The notes beneath the pieces are model-generated. The model was not told the DNA's origin and ran no database searches. It saw only the letters and a program-made list of their open reading frames with translations. From contig JBGLND010000001.1 in NCBI GenBank assembly GCA_041305945.1, forward strand, positions 3,216,218-3,280,217: a stretch of 64,000 nt of DNA, read 5' to 3'. The translations under genes and the position numbers were made by a program. The DNA is from Promethearchaeota archaeon (GTDB lineage Archaea; Asgardarchaeota; Lokiarchaeia; Sigyniarchaeales; Sigyniarchaeaceae). The first letter of the stretch is position 1. Every line of letters begins with the position of its first letter. Below are positions 9,331 through 19,200 of this stretch, one piece after another.

Positions 9331-10335
9331 ATGTCTGATCTTGACACGGTAACAAGGATCGAACTCACGCCCGTGAACGTGCCGTTCAAGGCGATCGTTC
9401 GCCAAGCGATGCTCGCCGGGGCAGGTGGCTTGGGGATGGCGATACCAAGCGACGAGCCGTGGCTCGGCGGCGACTTCGTGATATGCCGGTTAGAAACCGG
9501 GAATGGCACGACGGGACTCGGCGAGGCATACATCTGGCTCCCCGAAACGGGCCAAACAACCGGCCAGATCATTGATGTCATCAAGGTCGCGCTCCACCGG
9601 TACGTCATCGGGGAAAATCCCGGGAACTTCAAGAAAATAAAGGCCCGTATGGACGTAAACGTCGCGAGAAATGAGGTTGCAAAGGGCTTGCTGGATATCG
9701 CCCTCTATGACCTCGTCGGGAAGCTAACGAACAAACCCGTTCACGAGATCATCGGCGGGAAGAGATGCGAGACGCTCCCCCTCGCGGCATTGGTTCCTCT
9801 CGGCAAGCTGGAAAGCATGGTGGAATACGCGCTGGTTTTCAAGGAGATGGGCTACAAGACGCTCAGGGTCAAGCTAGGCACCAGCATTCAAGATGATGCC
9901 ACGATCATGGCCGCCATCCGTGACGCTGTTGGACCCAAGATACGACTACGGGTGGATTACAACCAAGCGTACGCCGTCCCAGACGCGATCACGGCGATCC
10001 AGGCCATCGAGCCATTCGACATCGACGTCGCGGAGCAACCGGTTGCCATGGACGACTATCTGGGCATGAAAACCGTCCAAGAGCGTGTAAAGACCCCCTT
10101 GATGGCGCACGAGGGGTGCTTGGTCCTCGCTGCAACGAACGAGGGGCTCGGAACATGCTGGGTCGGCTACTTCGACGAGGAGAAGGTCAAGTCCGTATTG
10201 AACGTCCCCGCGAGATCCCGGATCGTTGCCATCACGCCCCTTGGTTACCCCGACGAGGAACCGAAGCCAACGTCACGCAAGGCCATCGACGAGATCGCGT
10301 TCCTGAACGAGTATGGTGCGAAGTATGTCTCTTGA
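9331..10335 (+). CDS. Chimeric ORF: enolase-superfamily (mandelate racemase/muconate lactonizing enzyme) N-terminal ~255 aa fused in frame to a nitroreductase C-terminal ~75 aa
   Basis: The MR/MLE part has ligand-region motifs (RVDYNQAY, DVAEQP, PLMAHEG). The sequence then switches to a nitroreductase tail, CLVLAATNEGLGTCWVGYFDEEKVKSVLNVPARSRIVAITPLGYPDEEP. This tail closely resembles the C-termini of the ferredoxin-nitroreductases at 15271 and 20718. Confidence 0.55.
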   Translation: MSDLDTVTRIELTPVNVPFKAIVRQAMLAGAGGLGMAIPSDEPWLGGDFVICRLETGNGTTGLGEAYIWLPETGQTTGQIIDVIKVALHRYVIGENPGNFKKIKARMDVNVARNEVAKGLLDIALYDLVGKLTNKPVHEIIGGKRCETLPLAALVPLGKLESMVEYALVFKEMGYKTLRVKLGTSIQDDATIMAAIRDAVGPKIRLRVDYNQAYAVPDAITAIQAIEPFDIDVAEQPVAMDDYLGMKTVQERVKTPLMAHEGCLVLAATNEGLGTCWVGYFDEEKVKSVLNVPARSRIVAITPLGYPDEEPKPTSRKAIDEIAFLNEYGAKYVS

Positions 10336-10349
10336 TGCGGGTGGATGCG

Positions 10350-10370
10350 TGCCATTTCCATTTTATTTCC
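10350..10370 (+). terminator. Oligo-T tract downstream of the 9331..10335 ORF
   Basis: The sequence is ttccattttatttcc. Archaeal terminators are T-rich runs. Confidence 0.25.
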
Positions 10371-10438
10371 TATGGAACAGGATGTTTCGGTTTCCCCCAA
10401 CCAACCATGCTCTGGTTTCCCCATGGTGGCAACCCGTG

Positions 10439-10642
10439 TTAATTGCTGTTTTTCATCGAGTCACGCTTGACCTTCAAGATATCCAGTTTTTCTCCCAAGA
10501 ACAAGCATTTCTTTTCGGACACGCGTTCCAAGTGCTCGATTAATTCTTCAACCTTCTCTACGTGTCCCATCTTCACGATGATGTTTTCGAACTGCTCGAC
10601 ATCTTCCATCTCGCAGACTTTCTTCAAGAAGACGGGATCCAT
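10439..10642 (-). CDS. Small hypothetical protein (67 aa, helical, acidic)
   Basis: The ORF has AT-rich codon usage that differs from the antisense frame. No family was recognised. Confidence 0.3.
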   Translation of the reverse strand: MDPVFLKKVCEMEDVEQFENIIVKMGHVEKVEELIEHLERVSEKKCLFLGEKLDILKVKRDSMKNSN

Positions 10643-10704
10643 TTTCGTTCATCGATCTATTCCTCGCCCTCCATCTTTTTTAGGTTTTATTCAGATACCG
10701 GGAG

Positions 10705-11712
10705 CTACATGAAAATGGATAGCAGCGTGCCAAGCACCAGCATGACAACGAGGAATGGCAAGATGAGCTTGGTGTTTTTACCGGTAAGCAAAGCTATGCC
10801 CACCCAGTCAAGCCAGAGCCACTTGCGGATGAAAGCCTGCTTTTTTGGATTCAAGCGCAGCATTCCTTTCTCCGGGCGTGGTCCTTCGCTTACAAGATGG
10901 ATCCTTGTTTTTCCCGTTTTCAAGGCGGTAATGATCCCCGGGATGGAACGGTCATCCGTCAAGATTTCGGTGTATGCGCGTTTATGTTTCGCGGGGTCGT
11001 GCACGTCGGTGCCTGCGCTAGCATACATGACCCGCCGTGCCTTGTTGTCCTCGATGAAATCCAAGGCTTCCGTGTCCACGAACCCGAAGCCGTTGTAGAC
11101 CTCCCAGCCATCGATGCCTTGCTCCATCCACCAGCCCCGGGGGAGGTGCTTCAAGATGTCGTAGGGATACCAAGCCTTGTGGTTGAACTGCACGACACCG
11201 CCCTCGGCGTGGGCGTGATCGATGGCAGCCTTGATGGTGCTCTTCCTTGTCCAGAGCATGCCTGGCTTCCGTGGCGGTGTCTTGATGCCGATGAGGTTCA
11301 TGTGGGCGCGCATGGACGTGAACTCGACGCCCGTGATGACGACAAACTGCGGGTCGATGCTTGCCGCCGCTTCCTTGACGGCTTCGACGTTATCCATGGT
11401 GTTATGGTCAGAAACGCACACCCCGTTGTACCCGTTGGATATCGCCCAGAGCACGAGCTGCCGGGGCGAGAGCACGCCGTCCGATGCCGTCGTGTGGCAA
11501 TGCAAGTCGACCAGGAACGCGCCTTCCGGGACGCCTGGCGGCCGGGTGCCCTTGTACACCAGCGCCTCGTCATCATAATAGTCGTGGTACCAGAACGTTG
11601 ACAGGGCAGCGAACGCGTACGATACGAAGATGTATGCAAAGACACCAGTGCCGAAAGCGAGCAGTATCCAGAAGTTCATGCCGAGAGTCCCCGGTTCACG
11701 TTTTGATGCCAT
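10705..11712 (-). CDS. PHP-domain metal-dependent phosphoesterase with N- and C-terminal transmembrane segments
   Basis: It has the PHP motif DLHCHTTASDG and further His/Asp clusters (SDHN, HAHAEGG, GTDVHD). Hydrophobic helices sit at both ends. Confidence 0.7.
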   Translation of the reverse strand: MASKREPGTLGMNFWILLAFGTGVFAYIFVSYAFAALSTFWYHDYYDDEALVYKGTRPPGVPEGAFLVDLHCHTTASDGVLSPRQLVLWAISNGYNGVCVSDHNTMDNVEAVKEAAASIDPQFVVITGVEFTSMRAHMNLIGIKTPPRKPGMLWTRKSTIKAAIDHAHAEGGVVQFNHKAWYPYDILKHLPRGWWMEQGIDGWEVYNGFGFVDTEALDFIEDNKARRVMYASAGTDVHDPAKHKRAYTEILTDDRSIPGIITALKTGKTRIHLVSEGPRPEKGMLRLNPKKQAFIRKWLWLDWVGIALLTGKNTKLILPFLVVMLVLGTLLSIFM

Positions 11713-12598
11713 TCATGGACGCGAGGACCTTGTAAAGCCCTTGCGTGCCGAGGTTTTCCAGCCCCTGAGCCATTGCCGAGACGTAGAACTGGTTCGCGAG
11801 CGCGAGTCCTGGTAGCGATAAATTCATCCGTCTCGCCTCGTCCAAGGCAATGCCCATGTCCTTGACGAAATGCTTGATGAAAAAACCGGGATTGAAATCT
11901 CCCTTGATGATGCGCGGCCCGTAATTGGTCAACGACCAGCACCCCGCGGCCCCCTTCCCGATGATGTTGATCATCCCCGATTGATCGAGCCCCGCCTTCT
12001 GGGCGTAGAGCATGGACTCCACGACGCCTATCATGGTGGACGCGATCAATATCTGGTTGCTCATCTTCACGTGCTGGCCCGCACCCGCGGGCCCGAAGTA
12101 TCCTATCTTTTCCTTGTCGCCCATGAGCTGGAAGACCGGGAGCAACGCGTCGAACGCTTCCTTATCCCCGCCGGCCATGATGGCGAGCGCGGCGTTTTTC
12201 GCACCGACATCGCCTCCCGACACGGGGGCATCTAGCACCAAGATGCCCTTTCCCGCGGCATGTGCCTGCCCGTGGATGCGTTTTGCCAGGCTCGGTTCCG
12301 ACGTGGTCATGTCGACGAGGATGGCCCCCGCCCTCGCCCCGGCCACGATCCCGTCCTTTCCAAGGTATATCTCCTCGACATCCTTCGGGAACCCGACGAT
12401 GGTGAACACCACGTCGCTTCGTTCGGCAACCTCCCTTGGTGAATCGCACCACGTGGCACCCAGATCGACAAGCCTTGCTGCCTTGTCCTTGCTACGGTTG
12501 TGCACGAACGCCTTGAAGTTGCCCTTGCTCATGACATGCTTGCACATGCTGCTGCCCATCACGCCCGTCCCGATCCAGCCAATCGATTTGGTATTCAC
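11696..12598 (-). CDS. 3-hydroxyisobutyrate dehydrogenase/tartronate-semialdehyde reductase family NAD(P)-dependent oxidoreductase
   Basis: It has the GWIGTGVMGSSM dinucleotide-binding motif and 6-phosphogluconate-DH-like NAD-binding and C-terminal domains (AGDKEAFD, KDMGIALD). Confidence 0.8.
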   Translation of the reverse strand: MNTKSIGWIGTGVMGSSMCKHVMSKGNFKAFVHNRSKDKAARLVDLGATWCDSPREVAERSDVVFTIVGFPKDVEEIYLGKDGIVAGARAGAILVDMTTSEPSLAKRIHGQAHAAGKGILVLDAPVSGGDVGAKNAALAIMAGGDKEAFDALLPVFQLMGDKEKIGYFGPAGAGQHVKMSNQILIASTMIGVVESMLYAQKAGLDQSGMINIIGKGAAGCWSLTNYGPRIIKGDFNPGFFIKHFVKDMGIALDEARRMNLSLPGLALANQFYVSAMAQGLENLGTQGLYKVLASMNGIKT

Positions 12599-12666
12599 TT
12601 TCTCGTTACCTCGCCGAATGTATAGAAATAGTGGAATGAATGTATTAGAAGTAATGGATTAAAACG

Positions 12667-13203
12667 GTGCAAAGACCAGAACATGCCCATTCGAGCTGGA
12701 TGATTATGGAAAAACGAATACTCTCGGTATTATCCTTCACTGTCGTGATGCTTGCCACGTGCGTGCTCGCGACTGTCCAAACCTCGCGGTTTCACGTTCC
12801 GCAACAGGTCGAGCTTGGTGCTGCCCCCGGTTGCGTTCCAGTTGTATCAAGCTTGATACCCGTGGCGCCATTCATCATAGACGAGCTTGGCGGCGGGAAT
12901 TACACGTGGACAAGTCTCCGCGCCACGGAAGCAAGTTGGATAAGCGGGTCTGGAATAACAAGCGACCCGTATATTATTGACGGCATTATCATCGACGTGA
13001 ACCAGACAATCAAGTATGCTCTCGTCGTGAACAATTCTCGCGTGCATTTCATCATTCGTAATACAAGCATCACCGATGTTCTCGGCGTGATGTCGGGAGA
13101 TGGTGCCATGACCCTTTCAAACACGAGCAACGGGCGCGTGACTGGATGCACGTTCTCGGACTGGGGATACGCGGCCATCTACATCGCGCGGGGAAGCACG
13201 TGA
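12667..13203 (+). CDS. Secreted right-handed parallel beta-helix (pectin-lyase fold) repeat protein, short N-terminal-type piece
   Basis: A signal-peptide-like stretch (MEKRILSVLSFTVVMLATCVLA) is followed by beta-helix rungs resembling the 31135 ORF. It is only 178 aa and therefore probably truncated. Confidence 0.45.
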   Translation: MQRPEHAHSSWMIMEKRILSVLSFTVVMLATCVLATVQTSRFHVPQQVELGAAPGCVPVVSSLIPVAPFIIDELGGGNYTWTSLRATEASWISGSGITSDPYIIDGIIIDVNQTIKYALVVNNSRVHFIIRNTSITDVLGVMSGDGAMTLSNTSNGRVTGCTFSDWGYAAIYIARGST

Positions 13204-13298
13204 TGGGGTTCTCGATCACCTTCTTGGGTTGAGGGAATGGATTGCCACCCGTGCGGATACCAAGATGTCGCGGATCGTGGTGTCTCCATGCTCTTCCC

Positions 13299-14714
13299 TT
13301 ACACGGCGGGGAGTTCGCACGTCATCACGACGGGATCGTGGTCGCTGAGCCAGCGCGGCCCTGCGTTCGCCCCGGTGCATGTTTCGATCGACGCCACGTG
13401 CACGTCGGGCGTCACGAAGATGAAATCGATGGTCATGGGGGGCACGAACCCGCCCGCCAGTCGAGCGGCGTTGTAGACCGGCTTGGAACCGAATCCTTCC
13501 AGGAACGAGTAGAACGGGAAGATGGGCGGCATGTTGAAGTCGCCGGTCACTATCACGGGCAGGGTTCCCGTGCGGCGCGCGATGTCGCCGTTCAACATGG
13601 CCGATGCCTTCACGTGGAACTCTGGATAGAAGCCATAATGCGTGTTGTAGAAGAAAAACTCCGTGCCGGAATCCTTGTCTTGGAGGTGGACCCACTGGTA
13701 GGTCCGCTTGATGGCCTCGGTGAGCCACGTCCGGCTCGAGACGGTTGGCGTGTCCGAGAACCACAGGGTACCGTTATCGATGAGGGTGAACTTGTCCATG
13801 TCGAAGAAGATGGCATCGTGCTCCCCGGTAAAGTTCCCGCTCGGTGTCTCCCGGCCGATGCCGACCCACGTGTAATTGCGGTTCGAGAGCGTGGCGTTGA
13901 GATAATCGCCTTGTATCCTGAACACCTCCTGGAGCCCGAACACGTCCAGGTCCAGGGATTCGATGTAGCCGGAAAGGGGCTCGCGGCGGTCCATCCATTC
14001 CATGAGCGAGCCATCCTCGCCCGCGTAGAGGATGTTGAAGGTCATGGTCTTGATGACCAGTCCGTCCTGGATGCTTGGACGGTTCGCGGGGCTGGCCACG
14101 AGCACGAGGGCGGACACGCATGCAACGGCCACGACCATGCCGATGGCTTCCCTCCGCAATGCACGCGTGCCCGGATTCCCTTGGTGCAAGTCGTACCCGT
14201 TGTAGAACGGCACGCCGTGCTTCGCCGACACGCACGCCACGATCCCCGTCCCGGCGCAAAACGCCACGATGTACGCCGCATCGCCACCGGAAAAGCGCCC
14301 GGCAACCACCACGCCATGAAACACGGCTAACGCGCCCGCAAGCGTTGCGATGAAAAACCGGAAAATGCCCGCGCGAATCTTCTGGCCGGTTTTCAATGAT
14401 TTCCCAAGCGGGGATGTCAAGTTGCTCCCCCTCAACATCACGTGCCCGAAGATGCGCAAGACGATGGTGGTGAAGAACATGACTGTTATGATGGATATCC
14501 AAGGGCCCACTAGCACGATCAGGCCCATTTCAGCGAGGATGTGCACCCACTTTCTCCGGTCTTGTTGCGTGTAATGGCGGTAGTAATATACGCTCAAGGG
14601 ATAGGCAATCCATGTTGCCAAGACGAGGAGGATCGCGTTGAATTCGAGCAACAGCATCGTGGCGGCCTCAGCCGGGTCCTCGGGACGCGCGAGAGGAGTG
14701 GTCCTCAATTTCAC
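13299..14714 (-). CDS. Membrane-anchored endonuclease/exonuclease/phosphatase (EEP) family hydrolase
   Basis: The N-terminal ~200 aa has 4-5 hydrophobic helices. The C-terminal EEP domain has TFNILYAGE, a central GTEFFFYNTH motif and SDHDPVV. The + ORF 13242..14330 is antisense and spurious. Confidence 0.65.
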   Translation of the reverse strand: MKLRTTPLARPEDPAEAATMLLLEFNAILLVLATWIAYPLSVYYYRHYTQQDRRKWVHILAEMGLIVLVGPWISIITVMFFTTIVLRIFGHVMLRGSNLTSPLGKSLKTGQKIRAGIFRFFIATLAGALAVFHGVVVAGRFSGGDAAYIVAFCAGTGIVACVSAKHGVPFYNGYDLHQGNPGTRALRREAIGMVVAVACVSALVLVASPANRPSIQDGLVIKTMTFNILYAGEDGSLMEWMDRREPLSGYIESLDLDVFGLQEVFRIQGDYLNATLSNRNYTWVGIGRETPSGNFTGEHDAIFFDMDKFTLIDNGTLWFSDTPTVSSRTWLTEAIKRTYQWVHLQDKDSGTEFFFYNTHYGFYPEFHVKASAMLNGDIARRTGTLPVIVTGDFNMPPIFPFYSFLEGFGSKPVYNAARLAGGFVPPMTIDFIFVTPDVHVASIETCTGANAGPRWLSDHDPVVMTCELPAV

Positions 14715-14749
14715 GGCAATCCTTATATTGTCTTGCGTTGGTATAGAAC

Positions 14750-15172
14750 GTGAAAATCATCGTGGCGGTAGATGGCATGGAAAGAAACGAGAAAGCTCTT
14801 GCCCCGCGGGTCTTCAAGGCCGCGTTGTTCTTGTGCCGTGGTTCCGTGGCCGGGTGGGCCGGATTTTACTTGCTCGTCGTCATCTTGCTTTTTTTTGCTG
14901 AAGATGGGCATCTCGCGCACCAGCTCGTCCATCCCGTTGCATGCGGGTACCTGTTCACCGGCATTCTCGGTTCCTGGTTCATGAAAAAGAAAGGCCGGGA
15001 CGTGCTCGGCAGCAGCATCCTGTTCTTGGGCTACATCATCACGACATGCATTGTCGTGGTACTCGCGTTCCCGCTCTTCATCCCTGCTGCCACGGGGTTC
15101 AAGTGGTACGTCTACGTGATGCTGGCGTGTCTCTTCGCGGGTATAATCGGCGCCAGCCTTGCCATCAGGTGA
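14750..15172 (+). CDS. Small hypothetical membrane protein (3-4 TM)
   Basis: The ORF has hydrophobic segments. No family was recognised. Confidence 0.35.
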   Translation: MKIIVAVDGMERNEKALAPRVFKAALFLCRGSVAGWAGFYLLVVILLFFAEDGHLAHQLVHPVACGYLFTGILGSWFMKKKGRDVLGSSILFLGYIITTCIVVVLAFPLFIPAATGFKWYVYVMLACLFAGIIGASLAIR

Positions 15173-15270
15173 ACGCGATGCGGGGCACGGGAGAAGCATT
15201 GAAAAACCGACCCGAGATATACTCCACTGGCTCATGAACTCGCCAGGCCACGACACGAGGCATCAACCAC

Positions 15271-16077
15271 ATGAAGATACGCGGTATAAACGAGGACCGG
15301 TGCATCGCATGCAAGGCGTGCGTCGAACGCTGTCGCCGCTTCACGTTTGACGAGCACCAGCAGAAGGTCACCTTCTCGGATCCGGATTTTTCTTGCATAG
15401 ACTGCGGGCATTGCCTGGTCCTTTGCCCGGTGGACGCGATCGAGCACGTGGATCTCGGGGACGTCATGGTGGAGACCAGCAGCATCCCGGCCAGCCAGCG
15501 TGCAGTGCCGTACGAAAACTTGTTTAACATGATGCGCGTGCACCGGTCGATCCGCCGGTACAAGCCGGACCCCGTGCCACGGGACGTGCTCGCCAAGGTC
15601 ATCGACGCGATGCGGTACGCGCCGACGGGCATGAACATGCGGAGCGAGAAATTCGTCGTGATATCCAGCACGGATGTCATCCGGCAGCTGTCCGGGGCAG
15701 TGATCGAGGCGCTCATGGCGAACCCGGGGGCAAAAGCAGCCTACGAGAAGACGTTCGCGTGGCTGGCTTCCAAGTTCAAGGCACCGGCATACTTCGACGC
15801 GCCGCACGTCATCATCGGGTACTCGCAGATGGACATGGATATCGAGGATACCAATCTCGGGATCGTCATGACGTACGGGCGCCTGGCCGCCGAGGCACTG
15901 GGCTTGGGCACCTGCTGGAATGGCTGGACGCAAATGGCCATCAAGGGGAACAAGGACATGCAGAAACTATCGGGCGCCAAGGGCGTGCGGTTCGCGGCCA
16001 TGACCCTCGGGTATCCTGCAGTCCAGTACCCGCGCAGCGCGCCGCGCCCCCCGCCCAAGGTAAAGTGGGTCGATTGA
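15271..16077 (+). CDS. 2x[4Fe-4S] ferredoxin-domain/nitroreductase-family fusion protein
   Basis: CIACKACVERC and CIDCGHCLVLCP are ferredoxin motifs. They are followed by a nitroreductase fold (RRSIRRYK, GLGTCWNG). Confidence 0.8.
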   Translation: MKIRGINEDRCIACKACVERCRRFTFDEHQQKVTFSDPDFSCIDCGHCLVLCPVDAIEHVDLGDVMVETSSIPASQRAVPYENLFNMMRVHRSIRRYKPDPVPRDVLAKVIDAMRYAPTGMNMRSEKFVVISSTDVIRQLSGAVIEALMANPGAKAAYEKTFAWLASKFKAPAYFDAPHVIIGYSQMDMDIEDTNLGIVMTYGRLAAEALGLGTCWNGWTQMAIKGNKDMQKLSGAKGVRFAAMTLGYPAVQYPRSAPRPPPKVKWVD

Positions 16078-16206
16078 TGGTAAAGGCTCGCCTCTATAAC
16101 GTGCTATGCAGCACGCGGTTGCAATCGGCGCCAGCCTTGCCATCCATTGAATCACGGTCTAATTCGTGCTTCGTCCATCAATACCCATCCCCAGATAGGT
16201 CATGAA

Positions 16207-19200
16207 ATGCGGTTCGAACAAGTTATATTCTTGAATCGTTTCCTTGAAAATATCAAACACGGTTTGAAAATCCTTCACGCGTTCAACGAGTCGTATCTCG
16301 TCAAGAAGAAGGATGAGAAGGCCATCGCGTCCATCGCGCGGCATCTCTCCACCTTCAAGGTATTCCCGCTCGAAGGCAGCGGCAAGAAGGAGCCGCTCGC
16401 CAGCTTGGACGACCCCCGTCTCTTTCCTCGGAAGCTCGCGTTGCCCTCGTTCCTCGCTTCGGGATTGAAAGGAACGAACGACATGCGGTACCTCGACCAG
16501 GACATCGATGCATTGATCGAACGGATCAACATAGAATTCCCCCACAAGACAAAACTCGAGAACATCAAGCTGGACGTCTTGCTCAAGATGCCCAAGCTAT
16601 GGACCCCGACGTTGAAAGAAAAGGATGACCATCTAGCATTCATCAACTACATCACGGTCATCGCGAGGGTGCGTTATTACCGGGAAAATGACCCCGTGCA
16701 ATGGAATCGATTGCTCGGTCAATTGCAGCTCAAGGTGGAGGGTTCCAACGATTTCAAGCCGTTGAATCTGCTGGTGCCTGTTTTTATTCGGAACAACTTC
16801 AAGGCGTGGTGGAACCGGCTCACGGGCTCGTTTGCACAGCAGGAAGATTTCACGTTTGGCCACCACGACGAGGCCTTTTACGGCAAGGTTACCTCGACCC
16901 AAATCGATGGGATGATGGAAGGCAACGAATCGGCGTGCCAAGTGTTCGATAACAATTATTTCATGACCTTGATGATCAGTTACTTGAAATCAAAGGAATC
17001 CACGTGGCAAGGCGAGGATGTTATCAAGCATTTTGCTAAAAACTTGTATAACGTGCTTCAAGAAAATGAGCGTGGTAAAAAACCCGACCGAACCGTTCAG
17101 CGCGATCATGTAAGCACGTTGCTTGACCTGCTCGTTTCGAGAACACGTGACCACAATCCTGCGCTGTTCCAGAAATACTACTTGAACGCAAGAACAAATT
17201 TCTTCCGATATATCTTGGATACCAATGAATACATCGACCAAGATAACGATTTTATCATTTCCATCCGGCATCTCATGAAAAATGCAGTTTTATCCGAGCC
17301 ATTTAATGACGAGTTGATCGACGCGTTCATATCCAGCAAGTTCAAGCAAGTGAATGATCTCTTCACGATCGAACGTGTGGCAGAGAAATTCAAGAACGTG
17401 CAAATTAACAAGAGCACGCTGGTTGAAATGAGCGCGTTCTTGGAAGAATTTAACGCGTACCTGACGAGCTTGGGACTCCAAGACGGTCTCGCGTTGTTGA
17501 AAGGGCACGCGCCTGGCGGCGGGAAACCAGCAGCGGGCCAGCTTTCGGGCTTCGAGGCCTTGAAGCGGGACATGCAAGTGGTCCTCAAGGTTTCCGACGA
17601 CGATGCAAGGAACTCCCCGTTCTCCTTCCAGCAAGTCTTTTCAAAGAAAGGACAAAAGGACCCGAGGCTGTCGGGGATCGAGGAAATTCACGAGTTCGTG
17701 CCAGGTTTCATTTACTGGGAGACCCTTCTTTCAAAATTCGGCCTCCAAGAGAAACAAGTTGAACCATTCAAGGCATTCTTCGAGATCACGCCGTTGGCCG
17801 TGGACGACCTCTTGCATTACCTCCGCCAAACGAGCGGGAACGCTGCGCGGAAAAACCAGGAACAGCTGTTCGTCCTGGCCAAGTTCTTGATCGAGCGTTT
17901 CTTCGAGGCTTGGTCATCATCATCGCTCGATGTTGCCATGTTTCCGGTCTTGAAATTGAGCGAGAGTGGCATGGTCCAGAAGCAATTCTTGTCGTGGAAT
18001 GGATTGATCGATAACAACGTGTTTTGCACGTGCAATCAAGAGGTCATCGAGGAGCTCGGTTCGAAATTGCAGAAGAAGGGAAAACCCGTGTATCTCCTGT
18101 TCGACAAGCAGCACACCGACGAGTTCGAGAAGTGGTACGGGCTGGTCAACACGATCCTGGAAACGATGAAAGGGGCGAAAATATTTTACTTGGAAACCAT
18201 CCAGAGCAAGATCGCGAACATCAACGATGCTATCACGCAATCATCGCGTGACCAACTCGTTACCTTGGAACGCAAGAATCCTTTCTTCAACGAAACGATT
18301 TTCATCCGGTACTTGTTGCCGATCCTGCAAAAATGCAGTTTCCCTCACACCTTCAAGGATATAAACATCCTTGACGTGGATGCTGCCTTCTTGAACAATT
18401 CATTCGTGTTTGATTACCTGTCCGAGACCGATGCGGACATGACCGTCGAAAAATTTGACGGGGTTGTCATTGACATCAAGAAAGAGAAAATCACCACGTT
18501 TTTCGAGCCGCAAGTCCACCCGCACAAGCAAGCCGTCATCATCTACGTCTCGAAAACATTCAAGAAAAGCGACCAGAAGAACGAGTATTACAAGTTCTTG
18601 TTCCGGCGGTTGTTTCCGAAGCAAAAAATGGAAAAAGGCGCGTATTCACAATTCCTCGAGTTTTTTAACTGGATGGACGATTTCGACAGGACGTTCTTCG
18701 AGGACACGGCTGATCCCGGTGCCATCGAGGCTGGGATACTGGACTACGTGTACCAGCGCAACACTTTACAGCTGAAGGCCAGCAAGTCATACGAGATCGG
18801 CAAGGAATTGCGAGCGTTCTGCGACGCGTGCCAAGAAACGTGGCTGGAACTGCGCCCATCGTGGAGCGCATCAACGGGTGCAAGAGAGCTGCCCGCGGGA
18901 ACCGTTGACGCGTGGACGCGTTGGTTCGACCTGATCGCGAGCCACCTTGCCCTCGACGAGGTGGGTAAAACGAAGAAAGTCGAGCTCCGGCTCGACGGGG
19001 ATGGCAAGCACGTGTCCGTCGAGATACGGTACTCGCTCGGTTCCAAGGATGCACCTTTCCCGAAAACTGCAACGGGGAAACAGGATTACATCAAGGCCAT
19101 GATCACCGCCATCACGCAACATTTTCTTGACCCCGGCAATGGCATGCGCGGCTCGATCGAAAGCGTGTTCCCCGGGGCCGGCCTACTCGACGTGAAAGGC

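Noticed and set aside
13242-14330. Long + strand ORF (362 aa) and similar long ORFs at 105..764, 2667..3587, 19427..20326, 30321..31121, 36087..36875 and 48518..49627.
   Set aside because: They are Arg/Ala/Gly/Pro-rich with low complexity and lie exactly antisense to ORFs with clear family motifs. They are typical spurious ORFs of GC-rich coding DNA.
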